A stretch of DNA of 64,000 nt from Azolla caroliniana (taxonomy: Eukaryota; Plantae; Polypodiophyta): assembly GCA_043228905.1 (NCBI GenBank), contig JBHGNT010000005.1, positions 2,480,001 to 2,544,000 of the forward strand, in the 5' to 3' direction. The notes under the pieces were generated by a model. It worked only from the letters and a program-made list of their open reading frames with translations. It did no database searches and was not told the origin of the DNA. Made by a program: the position numbers and the translations under genes. Shown in pieces: positions 12,961 through 24,895 of this stretch (position 1 is the first letter of the stretch; each line of letters starts with the position of its first letter).

Positions 12961-14415
12961 GATGACAATCACCACTTGGTTATAATGAAACATTATCCTT
13001 GGCATCAACATCTATTATCTTATTTTCAAGATTTATATTGCTAAGTTTATTGGTGATCCTTTATGTGGAGCAAGTGTTAAAACCCCAATTAGAAGAGGAG
13101 ATATTGAAGCACCATTATGAGGGGAAAAGAAAGTTGGTGTTTATAGGACAAAGTAAATCGGTTAATAACCAAACTATCTTGTCACAACTGAACATTTCAA
13201 TTCTTTTCTCAATGTTTCTCTTACAAGATGAGGTTGGAGTCCTACTATCAAGTTCTACTATCAACCAAGGATTGACATAATAGAGCATATATTCTCTTTC
13301 TACAATCGATATGCAGAAAGTCAAGTTGCACATTTTCATGCATCATCATTACCCAAATACTATCATATGTTTATTCATATATGTTACTAATTGCAACATT
13401 CATGTTAAGGATTGCGCAACAATCCATAAAACCATAGACACGTCAAAATGTAATTCAAGCACGGCAAGAGATTACAGACCATGCATGTTATCGTTGATGG
13501 TGTCTGACACCACCTTTAATAGGTTTGAATGGTCGGGCATTGAAGATCTTGATTGCCACATGGTGAATCAAACTAGGTGTGCATATAACTTTGAGTGGTC
13601 AAGCTGGAAATTAGATAATAATTCTTACAAGAGAAAACAAAGAAAGAAACTATAAATGAGTTCACATGCAAAATGCAATGGCTAGAAATGAAACAAAAGA
13701 TGAAATCTAACCTATGGAAATCTCTACTAATACCAGGGTACTATTGATACAGTCACTTTAATCTATGTATTTTGATTGATGATGTGGCAAAAATCATGTA
13801 AAAAAGTACAAAGAGATCAACTCTAGATCTCGATATTCATTTATGCAAAATATTTTACCAAGTTCAAGCATAGTGTAAAAAGTTGTGTGCTATACTTCAC
13901 ATATTTACATTCAACTTGCGCATGGAAATGACATTATTTCCAAGCACTATGTATGATGCACATGTGATGAATTTGTGGCTTGTCATGCCCCCATGCAACC
14001 CTATCAAGTTGCATACTTTGAAGGAATAGTTGCATCTAGGTGACACAGTAAGGTCTATAAGCTTAGACAGGATTTGACATTAATAAAATTGGACAACTAC
14101 TAGCAATGATGTTTTACCCAGGGGACAACCATCTTAAAATTTTAGGTGTGAGACAAGGCTAGATTTATTGGCTACTTCGACAATCTCGTGGTCGCAAAAG
14201 TGTTTTACACATAAGACAACCATCTTAACATCAAGCTATTGAAGGAAAGGAGGATTTAAAATTTTGGTCGGAGATGAGGATGACACCTAGTATCATCGAC
14301 AACCATGTTTAAAATATAAGGTCCAAAGTTCAAGGGATTTTCAAGAAAGGTAATAGCACACTTTTTTAGGGCCAAGGAAATCCTCTGGGAGTCCCACCAC
14401 CAAGGCCGATGTCTC

Positions 14416-14417
<2 letters not shown>

Positions 14418-14457
<40 letters not shown>
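14418..14457. repeat. (CT)n microsatellite
   Basis: Directly visible. Confidence 0.95.
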
Positions 14458-14460
<3 letters not shown>

Positions 14461-14864
14461 CTGTCCCATCGATCATATTCAGTCCCCCATGGACGATAAT
14501 AATAATGTACGTGTATTTATCTTTTTCTCGACAAGCTGTGTGAAACATCATCGATTGCACCTAATGAATGAACAAAAGCGAACTGATTTCATTTTCTCCC
14601 TTGTTATTATCTTCTCCTGTTTGTTTGTCCATGCATCGGAGGAGGAGTGCAGAGTGCATCAAGCCAGGCAATTGGATGGATAGAGATGGGAACTTTTGAA
14701 GAGTTGGAGACAAAATGACGATGGCGATGGGCGAGAGTGTGAAACGGGGGACACATATGTATCAATATGTTTCAGTAAGTATGTGTGTAGGAGGGAATGG
14801 GATATGTATGTATGTGTGTGTCCCCTCTCCATGACATTCCCAATCCTCTTCTCTTCTCTTTCTC

Positions 14865-14866
<2 letters not shown>

Positions 14867-14911
<45 letters not shown>

Positions 14912-14912
14912 A
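14867..14912. repeat. Compound (CT)n(CA)n microsatellite in the kinase 5' region
   Basis: Directly visible. Confidence 0.9.
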
Positions 14913-15196
14913 TTTTATCTCTCCCTTTCTCTAGGATTCTCCAAGTACCAGAAAACCCCCCTCAGCTTTGTGAAGAATTGTTTTTCTAACCCTTCTCTGT
15001 TTCTGTGAATTGCGGTTCTCTCACAATTAGGTCAATCAATAAAAGTACTTCTCTTCCTCCCTGCTCATTTTCTTCTCAATTGGTCCTCTGAATTAGGGTT
15101 TTATCTGAAAGAAGAAGAAGCAGAGAAGAGGAAGAAGCAGAAGAAGAAGAAGAAGCTTCTTCCCCACACAACACATGAGATTGAGACTAGCTCGCC

Positions 15197-17502
15197 ATGG
15201 CAGACATTCAAGAAGCTCAAAAGGGTCGTTTTCTACACCGAGGAAGCGGAGAAATCCATAGCCATAGCATCATCATCGACAACAGCACTAATGGTGATGA
15301 TGATAGCACCAACTACAATAAGGTTAGTGAACTTGATGGGTTGAAGGTTCTAAAGATTGAAGAGAATGATAAGATTAGCTTGAGCCGGGGAAGCACAGGA
15401 ACAGAGGACAGTGATAGTAGTAGTAGCAATCTAAGCACTTCTACGACATTCTTTCTTAACAATAACAATAACAATAACAATAACAACAATAAGCCACATA
15501 AAGCTAATGATCCTAGATGGGAAGCTATTCAAGCACTACGTATAAAGGAAGGGTCTTTAAGATTGACCGATTTTAGACTTCTTAAGAAGCTTGGTTGCGG
15601 AGACATAGGAAGTGTGTACTTAGCTGAGCTTCGAGGATTGGACGCGAGTGAGATTGGCAACGAGACTAAGAAGAAGAGTGATGCCGATGTTTGTGATCGC
15701 AACGAGAATAGGAACAAGAATCGATGCTATTTTGCGATGAAAGTGATGGATAAGGCATCATTGGTGAGCCGGAAAAAGGTAGTGCGCGCGCAGACAGAGA
15801 GGGAGATACTGGAGCTATTGGATCACCCATTCCTACCCTCGTTGTACACTCATTTCGACACTGACAAGTTCTCATGCCTTGTTATGGAGTTCTGCTCGGG
15901 GGGTGATTTGCATGCTTCCCGGCAACGGCAGCCCGGTAAACACTTCCAAGAGATGGCAGCAAGGTACTCTTCTTGTGTGTATGTTTTTTTTTTTCTCTCT
16001 TCATCCCCCATTCACTCATAGCAAACACTTTGTAATCTTTGGTTTCTGCGGGTAGTGTTTTTGTTGTTCAAAATTTCCTTTTTTGGGTAACCCTTTCTGG
16101 CTGTCTCTTTTTTTTTCTTTTCTTGTTTGGGTAACATTTTTCTTTGTTGCTAATCTTTTTGCTCTTTTGGGGGTTAACCTTACTTATATTATACACGTTT
16201 ATAGTTTTCTTCTTCTTAATTTTTTTTATTGATCTCTTGTTGCCTTGTAATTAAGTATTCTGTAAATTTTCACATCTTTTCATATGTCCTTTCAAGAGTG
16301 AAATTTTTCTTGGAGAGATGTCTGGCCATGATGTATCTTATGTTGAATGTCTAATGTGATTATTGATGGACTTAAACATCCATTGATTCTTCAAGTATCT
16401 CATATGGATCATCTATATTGCTATGCATTAACTTTATTATAACAGGGGATACTCGATCCCTAATAACCTCATTTACAAGGAGAAGGATGTGTTTCTGAGA
16501 GCGGGATCAATACTAACACCGCATTCACCTATTGCATACTTATATGTATGCATTCCTGATGATGAATGTGGGTGTTTTGCCAGGTTCTATGCTGCAGAGG
16601 TGCTCCTGTCGCTCGAGTATTTGCACATGATGGGAGTGATATACCGAGACTTGAAGCCGGAGAATGTGCTTGTGAGGGAAGATGGGCATATAATGCTCTC
16701 AGATTTTGATCTCTCATTGCGATGTGTGGTGAGGCCGACTTTAGTGAAATCTGCCGTGTCAGAGATGGACCTATCCAAGAGACTACCGCCTTCATATTGT
16801 GCTCAACCATCTTGTCTCGAACCTTCTTTCATAAACCCATCGTGTGTTGCCCAGCCGTCTTGCTTTACACCAAAGATGAGCCTACCCTCGCTACTATCAA
16901 AGAAGAAGAAGAAGAAGAAGCAAAAAGCCAATGATCAAAACCACGACTTGCCTCTCCCTGAACTTGTTGTAGAGCCAACTGGTGCTCGATCCTTGTCATT
17001 TGTTGGCACTCATGAGTATCTCGCTCCAGAGATTATAAAAGGAGATGGGCATGGAAGTGCAGTTGATTGGTGGACATTTGGTATCTTTCTCTATGAATTG
17101 CTGTATGGGAAAACACCCTTTAAAGGGTCGGGCAACCGAGCCACGCTTTTTAATGTGATTGGACAACCCCTTAAGTTCCCCGAGACTCCCAACGTGAGTT
17201 TTGCAGCCCGAGATCTCATCCGAGGGTTGCTTGTGAAGGATCCACAACACCGGCTTGCGTACAAGCGAGGCGCGACAGAGATCAAACAACATCCTTTCTT
17301 TGATGGTGTCAATTGGGCACTGATTAGGAGCATGACACCCCCACATGTGCCTAAGCCTTTTGAGATGGCCACAAGCATGAAGACAAATATTACTAGTTCT
17401 ACTAATACTATAATCCCTTCTAGTTCCTTAACCCATGAAAAGAAGGTCGGAGATGCCGACTCCAAGTTGTCAGGTTCATACCTTGATTTTGACTTCTTCT
17501 GA
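15197..17502 (+). CDS. D6PK: AGCVIII (AGC1) Ser/Thr kinase, D6PK-like, ~561 aa
   Basis: Exons 15197-15963 and 16584-17502 (AG|GT...CAG|G) total 1686 nt. Motifs are [39 protein letters not shown] in place of DFG and [12 protein letters not shown]. The subdomain VII-VIII insert has CxxP repeats and a polybasic KKKKKKK stretch, and the C-terminus is FxxF (FDFF). Confidence 0.93.
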
Positions 17503-18938
17503 CCGTGCTCAAGATGTGGTTAAATTTATAGTATTCTCAGTTTTTTTAAGAATGTGGATTCATTGTTGATTTCTTGACTCTTCGTCTTCGTCTTCGTCTT
17601 CGTCTCCAATAACGTGATAATTCATATTTCTGGTATGTCTTCTGCTTGACTTTATGTGGTAGTTTTGCGGTAGTAATGCACCTATTGAAAATTTGAACTT
17701 ATCTATTGCAAATACTTATAAACAGAATAATTGCGGACGGTAATATATAGCATTTCTGCTATATTCTTATAGATTTATGGTATTTATGCATTTTCCCATG
17801 CTTTTATTTTGTTTGTGCATGAAAAAAGAAAATCGGTCGAGAAACTCTTGACCGAAGGTTCAATGAAGCAAGGATATATACTAGACATTCTAGATGGCTT
17901 TTACTGATATTTGTTTGTATTCTGATGGCCACATTAATTTAGATGTTGAAGGACGTTCAATAAAAATCATTGTTGAAGGTAGGGTACGTGTTTTCACTAT
18001 TGAATTATTGAAAGGTAATAAACCATGATCTGCATTTTGTCAATATGTAATTTATTAGAGAAGGTGGCTGTCAATCATTGCCAGTGGAAAGCCACATTAA
18101 AGTCAGGGTTCTTTCTTCGAACACCTCTTAAGAGGAGACTAGGCCATTATCAGGGTTCAGACAAATGTGAACAAGTTACACAAAGACAATGGAAATTGGC
18201 CATGTAAGATATTAACTTTAGAAGACAATCCATGTGCACAATATTTGCATATATATATATATATATATTATATTGTTGGAGAGGATCCAATACAAGAAAA
18301 GAACATTCCAAAATAGTTCAAATGCATGAAAAATATAGGCTCTATTAGTGAAGTGAAATCAGTAAATAATACATGCATATTACAAATTTGTCCCCTGTTA
18401 ATGTATACGTGAAATTGACTGCAAATAAAAATTATCTAACTTCTAGGAGAAAGAAAAGGAATCAACTCTAGAAAATCTTCTATGCTTGTGACAAGCCAAG
18501 TATGTAATTGTTTCTAGATCTGTGTGCAACTTGTTTTATGCAATTCATTTATTTCGGATTTTTCTACAGGACTTATTGTCTATTATTCATTATGCAGTAG
18601 GATGCACTCATTTATGAATGGATTGTTTTGGAAACAAATAGGTTGTTACAAAATGTCTTTAAAGTCTACAAATGAGTAGGTAGAAAATGTTATGTCCACA
18701 CTTTCTAGACAATGAGATGACTAGTATATAGCACAAAATTTACGTTACTCTACGTTTATAGCCTTAATATGGAATAAACTAATTATCACATCATACATGA
18801 TGCATTGCGAGGGGTCTTAGACAGAAGCAAGCAATGTCTAGAAAGGTTTAGTTTTGCAGATGAAGTCCACAAAATGTAAGTACTAATAACATCAAATATC
18901 TTAATTTCATACATACATACATGATACATACATCGATG

Positions 18939-19084
18939 TCTTAATTTTTTAAGGCAATTTATTGCCCCATCTTTCTTTTGAGTTTTACATAATATTATAA
19001 CATCAAATATCATACTTTTATGAATAGATGCATCAATCTCTTAATTTTTAAAGGGCAATTTATTGCCCCATCTTTCTTTTGAGT
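18939..19084. repeat. ~45-bp direct repeat spaced ~100 bp apart
   Basis: TCTTAATTTTT..GGCAATTTATTGCCCCATCTTTCTTTTGAGT occurs twice. Confidence 0.75.
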
Positions 19085-20271
19085 AATGATAACGAAGGCT
19101 TTCGAAAGAAGGGCAAGGGCTTTGCGACCTTCAAATTTGAGGCAACATGAAAGAGGACATCATTGTTTTGAATCCCTTACATTGAAAATCATTCAAGTGT
19201 TTTAGATGTAGTAAATAAGGTGAAGCCAAATTTGGCAATAGTGCCCTTATACAAACTAAAATCATATCTACAGAAGATTTCTTCCACCAAATTAATCATA
19301 TTCACTAGGAGAGATGCCATTATAGTGCTTATACATTTATTTGGGGGTTAATTGCACCAGGCTACACATCACAATGTTGTTTCACTAAAATAAGGGAGAG
19401 TTGTAATTAGTGTTTGTAATTATTATAGTTCTCATTGGAGTGATTGGCGATGTCTTCATGGTAATTCTTGTTGCAATTAACACTAATCATGAATACTAGT
19501 TACAACAATCATCAGAATGCTAATCATAATTGTGACTGTTAATTACAACACTGATCACAAATTTATTTAACAATAAGCATAATGTTGATTATTGTCGTTA
19601 ACACTAACAAAATACCAAGCGATGTAATTAATATTAATTAGTTATTGTCAATTGATGTAATTAATATTAATTACAATGCTAGTTGTCATGCTAAACACAA
19701 GATTAAAATTAATACTATGATCATCAATCACAAGATTTATTATTGAAATGTAGGCGATTTTAATTTTAATTTCACGTTCAATTCTGTCCAATATAAATAT
19801 TTTCGGAGCTGTTGTCCAGAATTTTCTAAGGTAAGATATCCTATGAGCAATATGGAAAATATTAAAATTACCTCTATGAAAATAACAATTCTACCTATGG
19901 TAAAAACCAATAAGATATAATGAATGTAGTTTAATGAAAATTTCAACCGCCTGCCCCCTAAATACTTTCACCCATCATTCATCATACAAGACACATTTTT
20001 TTCTTTGTAAGAAGCAGCTTTTATTCCTAAAGAAAAAAACACAACCATTTGGAACTTCACTCACACCATCATGACTAACTAACAACGAAATTTGGATTTG
20101 TTTGGGATCCAAATTCTAAGAACTCACTCCCAAACTACACCTTATATAATTGTCACTCTTCATGTGATAACTTCTCAACTTTTGCAAAACACGCACACTC
20201 GAAACATTACAATGGTACCACAATTGATTGGTGTCACTGTACTTGGATAATTGGACATGCTGAATCACCCC

Positions 20272-20690
20272 TAAGCAAGATGAAAACTCTAGCGTTTGAT
20301 TTGGATTAGCTCAAATAAATAAAAGAAACATCAATATTGCTGTGAACTTTCGAAAATATGTTCTAGCTGTATGCCTACCATCAAATACAAAAGCATTATG
20401 TATATTCCAATTGTGAAGTAATCCACAATATCTTAGAAAGAGGAAACATATCTTCATCTCCCGATATCATTTAAAGTTTTAAGCAAGATGAAAACTCTAG
20501 CGTTTGAATTTTGATTAGCTCAAATAAATAAAAGAAACATCAATATTACTGTGAACTTTTGTAAATATGTTCTAGCTCTATGCCTACCATCAAATACAAA
20601 AGCATCATGTATATTCCAATTGTGAAGTAATCCACAATATCTTAGAAAGAGGAAACATATCTTCATCTCATGATATCATTTAAAGTTTTA
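20272..20690. repeat. Tandem duplication, 2 x ~208 bp
   Basis: TAAGCAAGATGAAAACTCTAGCGTTTGA starts at 20272 and 20480; the copies are nearly identical. Confidence 0.95.
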
Positions 20691-22399
20691 GAAATTGTGC
20701 AACGACCCACTATCCTAGTGTCAAATAACAATGTGAGAAAACTTACCAAAACTGAGAACCCCAAATTTGATAAGCAATCAAACTTTATATGAAACAATTA
20801 TTATTATCTTTCACTTGAACAATGCAAAAGAAACAATTGCTATTACTTATCCATGTCTCTTTAGAGCTAACTCCAAAGCCAAACCCCCAATCAATACTCT
20901 CTGATTGAAGACCTTTGTTACAAGGGACAATTTAGAATATCAACATCATTTCAAGACCTACCACCATCCATACTTAGTGTTATGTACCTTCCATTTTGTT
21001 TCGCATTCGATGATAACCATCAAAGTGACTCAACTGACCAATGATAAAAGAAACAAGTGCCATACACCCTCCTACTTCTTGTCATGAGATCACTTCCTAT
21101 TGAAGTCATGCCCATTGAAAGCATTGACTTCCTATACTCATGGAAAGCAAGCCAAAATACCACACATTAAAACAAAATTTTCTGTTCTAGTGGGATAGAA
21201 AATATGAAAAAATGGTTCCGAAGGTGGGATGGGATACACTTGCTTTACAATGCATCAATAGATTCCTTTCTAACTTAGGTGTTTTTTAGCAACACCAATG
21301 TGGCATGTGCAAAAGGAGGAAAGTGTCTAAAGCCAAGTTTATAATAAGTCAAGAACTAAAAGAAAATTTCGAAGATGAGACTAAATCAACAATAGAGTGT
21401 AGCTAATACTATATGTGGGGTTTTACCTAGATTGCGTAATCCAACTTAAACACCCGGTCTACTTAGATAATGTGGTCTAACATGAACTTGTGGTTTTTTT
21501 GGAGCACATGGATGTAAAGTTATTAGCTTCTTGGAGTTGTGATGCATTGAATGTTGGGATTTAAGAAAAATAAAGCACCTCTTCTCTAGGTAACTTCGTT
21601 CATACAATGAGAAATGTTTTTACCTTAAATTTCTTGGACATGTTTATTCTTGACGAGTAAGTGGAAATAATAACTAGATACATGACTAGGAAGTTTTTTG
21701 TTGTTGACAAGAAAAAAATCAAGAATAAAGCATTATGGCAAATCGGAAAAAAGGAAATAAAGCTATGATAAAATTTTAGCTAGAGTAGTGACGGATCTAT
21801 TCTTTGTTCGTTATGTCCCCTTTATTCTTTTTGTTTATTCTTCTATTTTCTTCTGACGCAATTGTCAACTTGAGAGTTTACATACAACTTATTGATACTT
21901 TAAGTGATAATTACAAGTCCTCGACAATGGTGCTAAAAAGGTTGTATGACTCAAAGAGGTGTTCCTTTGAGCATTTTTCCATTATTCAATATTCAACTGG
22001 GGACTATTTTTCAATCAAGGATCACATGTGTAAATGGTGGCAACATGTTCTAGCTCTTATCTCACCCCAATCCCAAAATCTCCTTAGCCCAACATGTTCT
22101 AGCTCCAACCAACCCCACTTACTGGTGGCGAACCTACAAAGTCCACATTGACAAATGAGATGTCAATAATTTCTTTTCAGCTGAATGAATTCAGCGAGCT
22201 CAAGATTTTGAAATAAGACCCCTTCTAATCCAAGTAATAGGCATTAATAAGTTAGGTCAGGTACAAAGTCCATGATCAAGATGCATAACTTGTCTCAATA
22301 ATACACATGCCTTGTCTCATTAAAGCTAGAAAAAACAAAAGTGTTATTAAGGATTAAGGCCCTAGAGAGAGAAAGTAGATATTTGAGTAGACCATTTGC

Positions 22400-23250
22400 A
22401 CGCTGCAATCAAAGTAGATTTGTGAAGAAAATTGATAGATAAATTAACATTTATTAGAATGTTCCTTACTAGGTTAGGGAAAAAAACCCAAACATTATAT
22501 CCTCTTAGGTCAATAATCACAGCTTAACAAGGAAAATAATGAACCTCAAACCTTGAAAAAATCCCAAACACCAACTTCGCTAGCTCCAGTGCCCATTGCC
22601 CAACATGGACCTAGGGATAACACTCTTCATTCATAAAAACATTGGTTTCTCAAATGGGCCCCACATTGTGCTAATGATAGTAGCAAATTCTGCCGAAATT
22701 AGCAAACTATTCCCAAAATTGAAGGGACGTGGAGACCTAAGAAGAACTTATCTTTAACCACCACTTTTGAGATACACAAGGTATTACTACCTTAGCCTAG
22801 TGGTTCCAACCTGCTACTCGAGTAGCCTATGATTGTTTGTTAGGATTGATTACCTTTTTTGCGAGTCCAATTGGTTTCTTATAGATTTTGGTCACGATGT
22901 AATACGATGCAAAAAAGGCATTGCGAAGACCTAACAAGTGCAAGTCTATACACAAAAGGTCCACGAGAAAGAAGACAACCCTTTGATGGATGATCAATTG
23001 GATAACCTTAGGTTATCCTCTTCATCAATTTCAGTACTAACAAACATACAATACTATTTCTAAAAAAGATACCAAAACAACGTCTAACGTTCTTCATAAA
23101 TATAAGAAGTTGGCGATGTAAGATTAATCCAAAATAAAGGTAACTCAATAACCAAACCCCTTCCATCGCGAGGTGCTCCTAGAGCTCTGTTCAAGAAATA
23201 CTAAAGGAAATTCTCTTTCTCTCTAATACTTGAGTTAGTCAAATACCACT
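22400..23250 (+). mobile_element. Possible highly decayed L1-type ORF1 remnant
   Basis: Only fragmentary motif resemblance (PTWT..KWAP, KLFP, VQV..KG) across broken frames; there is no intact ORF. Confidence 0.25.
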
Positions 23251-23970
23251 TCCACACCAACAAAGGCAAGCCAGCCAACAAGAAATGGAAGATGGTAATG
23301 TCATCCTATGGTCAACAAGATACTACATCCTACATAATGTCTACCCCGCATTAGACAATGCTTGAATCAATTTAATAGAAAAACTAATCAAATCCATTTA
23401 ATCATACATACAATCATCAAGGAACAACACAAAGTTAATCACGGACTAATCATCACAAGACTTAAAAATCATTAAGCTAATCTAATACCAAGAAAGATTA
23501 AACTCATGTGACTATGTAGAGAGATTATAAAATGTTTAACCTAATTTATCTTTTTTTAAATTCATGCATGCCCAATGCCACATATAATTAGGGCTAAGAA
23601 ATTATCCCATCTCCACAACTAAGTACTATTTTTTCTCTAGCATTTTAATGTAATCCATGTATGAGCACTCTGGTAGCCACACCTCAACCACACCACAATC
23701 AGTGTATCCTTGTTTGGGTCAACCATTATTATTAGACAAACCTTTTGTGGAAATTCCTAATCGCATGAAAGGTCGAGCCCATGGAGAGTTGGAGAGGTGA
23801 CGTGAGGGTGCAAGCTAACATGCAATAAGGGGCACCCCCAACAAGAAATTAGCGTGTCAATGATAATGTCACTAAGGAATATTCTAACCACAAAGATGAT
23901 CATGATTGGTGCTTTGTGTGTAGTCTTACGTAAGGCAGCCTGCTATACATATCCATTATGTCTATGTGAT

Positions 23971-23988
23971 TGAGAGAGAGAGAGAGAG

Positions 23989-24024
<36 letters not shown>

Positions 24025-24046
24025 TGAGTGAGTGAGTGAGTGAGTG
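23971..24046. repeat. Compound (GA)n(GT)n(GAGT)n microsatellite
   Basis: Directly visible. Confidence 0.95.
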
Positions 24047-24553
24047 ATTGTGTGTGTAGTTCTGCAAATACTCTAGTGTGTTGGTTTGTGGAGCCATGTG
24101 CTTTTAACCAACATGGGCATTGACTTAGGCCGTCATTGGTAAGTGTTCTTTTTAGTTCCACCCCAAGAGGAGCAAAACATCAAGCATACTTTTTTCTTAT
24201 CTAAGGATTAGAAACTTATCAAGGTGTAGACTTTCAATCAATAGTGTACGTACATATATAATGTTGCAAATAAACAAGCATATTTATTGAATATCAAAAC
24301 CAATTACTAAACTTTATGTAGCTTTTCCTACAATATAAGGCCTTCATGTGCTTTAGCTTTTAAAGATATATGTACATAGATAACTCGAGAGTGGATTATA
24401 TTGAATAATCCATTAAATATATCAAAGTTCAGAACTCTCTTTTTAAAATTATTCCAAGTAAGTGTGTACATTATTGAGGACAGGTCCTAATTATTGCAAG
24501 TTGGGTCTAAGTGCAAAGTGAACTTCACCATAATGTATTTAATTGCAATATGC

Positions 24554-24895
24554 CTAATTGGAGCATGATGAGCTACAATCATTGTTGCAAGAGCACAATC
24601 GCCCAACGCAATAGCCACCAGTACAATTGGTGCAAGAGGTGCAGTCTGTGCGGCTACCACACACAATAAAGCGAGGATGACATGTCTTGCAATAAGCATC
24701 ACATGCAATGGAGTCACCCCCGTAAGTGCACAAACCAGCAACATAAGGTCCGCATTCCGCTTCTGCAGGTTCAATGTTGACCAATAACGAAATTGACACA
24801 ACACACATCATCATCATTAATGCACCCCAAGATATATAAGGAGTGGCTTGTAGATTACCGTCATTTTGTTTCTTCTTCATCATCATATAAGCCAT
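24554..24895 (-). CDS. Secreted cysteine-rich defensin-like (DEFL) peptide, 113 aa, 14 Cys in a 67-aa mature region
   Basis: Intronless ORF with a hydrophobic signal ending AEA|E. It has a CxxxC helix motif (CDAYC), a gamma-core GYCVGRLC and a CxC (CSC). A TATA-like TATATATA lies at ~25002-25009. Confidence 0.8.
   Translation of the reverse strand: MAYMMMKKKQNDGNLQATPYISWGALMMMMCVVSISLLVNIEPAEAECGPYVAGLCTYGGDSIACDAYCKTCHPRFIVCGSRTDCTSCTNCTGGYCVGRLCSCNNDCSSSCSN

Noticed and set aside
14659-14989. ORFs with ERERER/THTHTH/LSLSLS runs (also near 9924, 23900, 38711 and 43440)
   Set aside because: They are translations of dinucleotide microsatellites.
24487-24804. 105-aa hydrophobic ORF overlapping the defensin-like gene
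   Set aside because: It is an alternate frame on the same strand with a non-ATG start; the Cys-patterned frame has the signal peptide and motif support.
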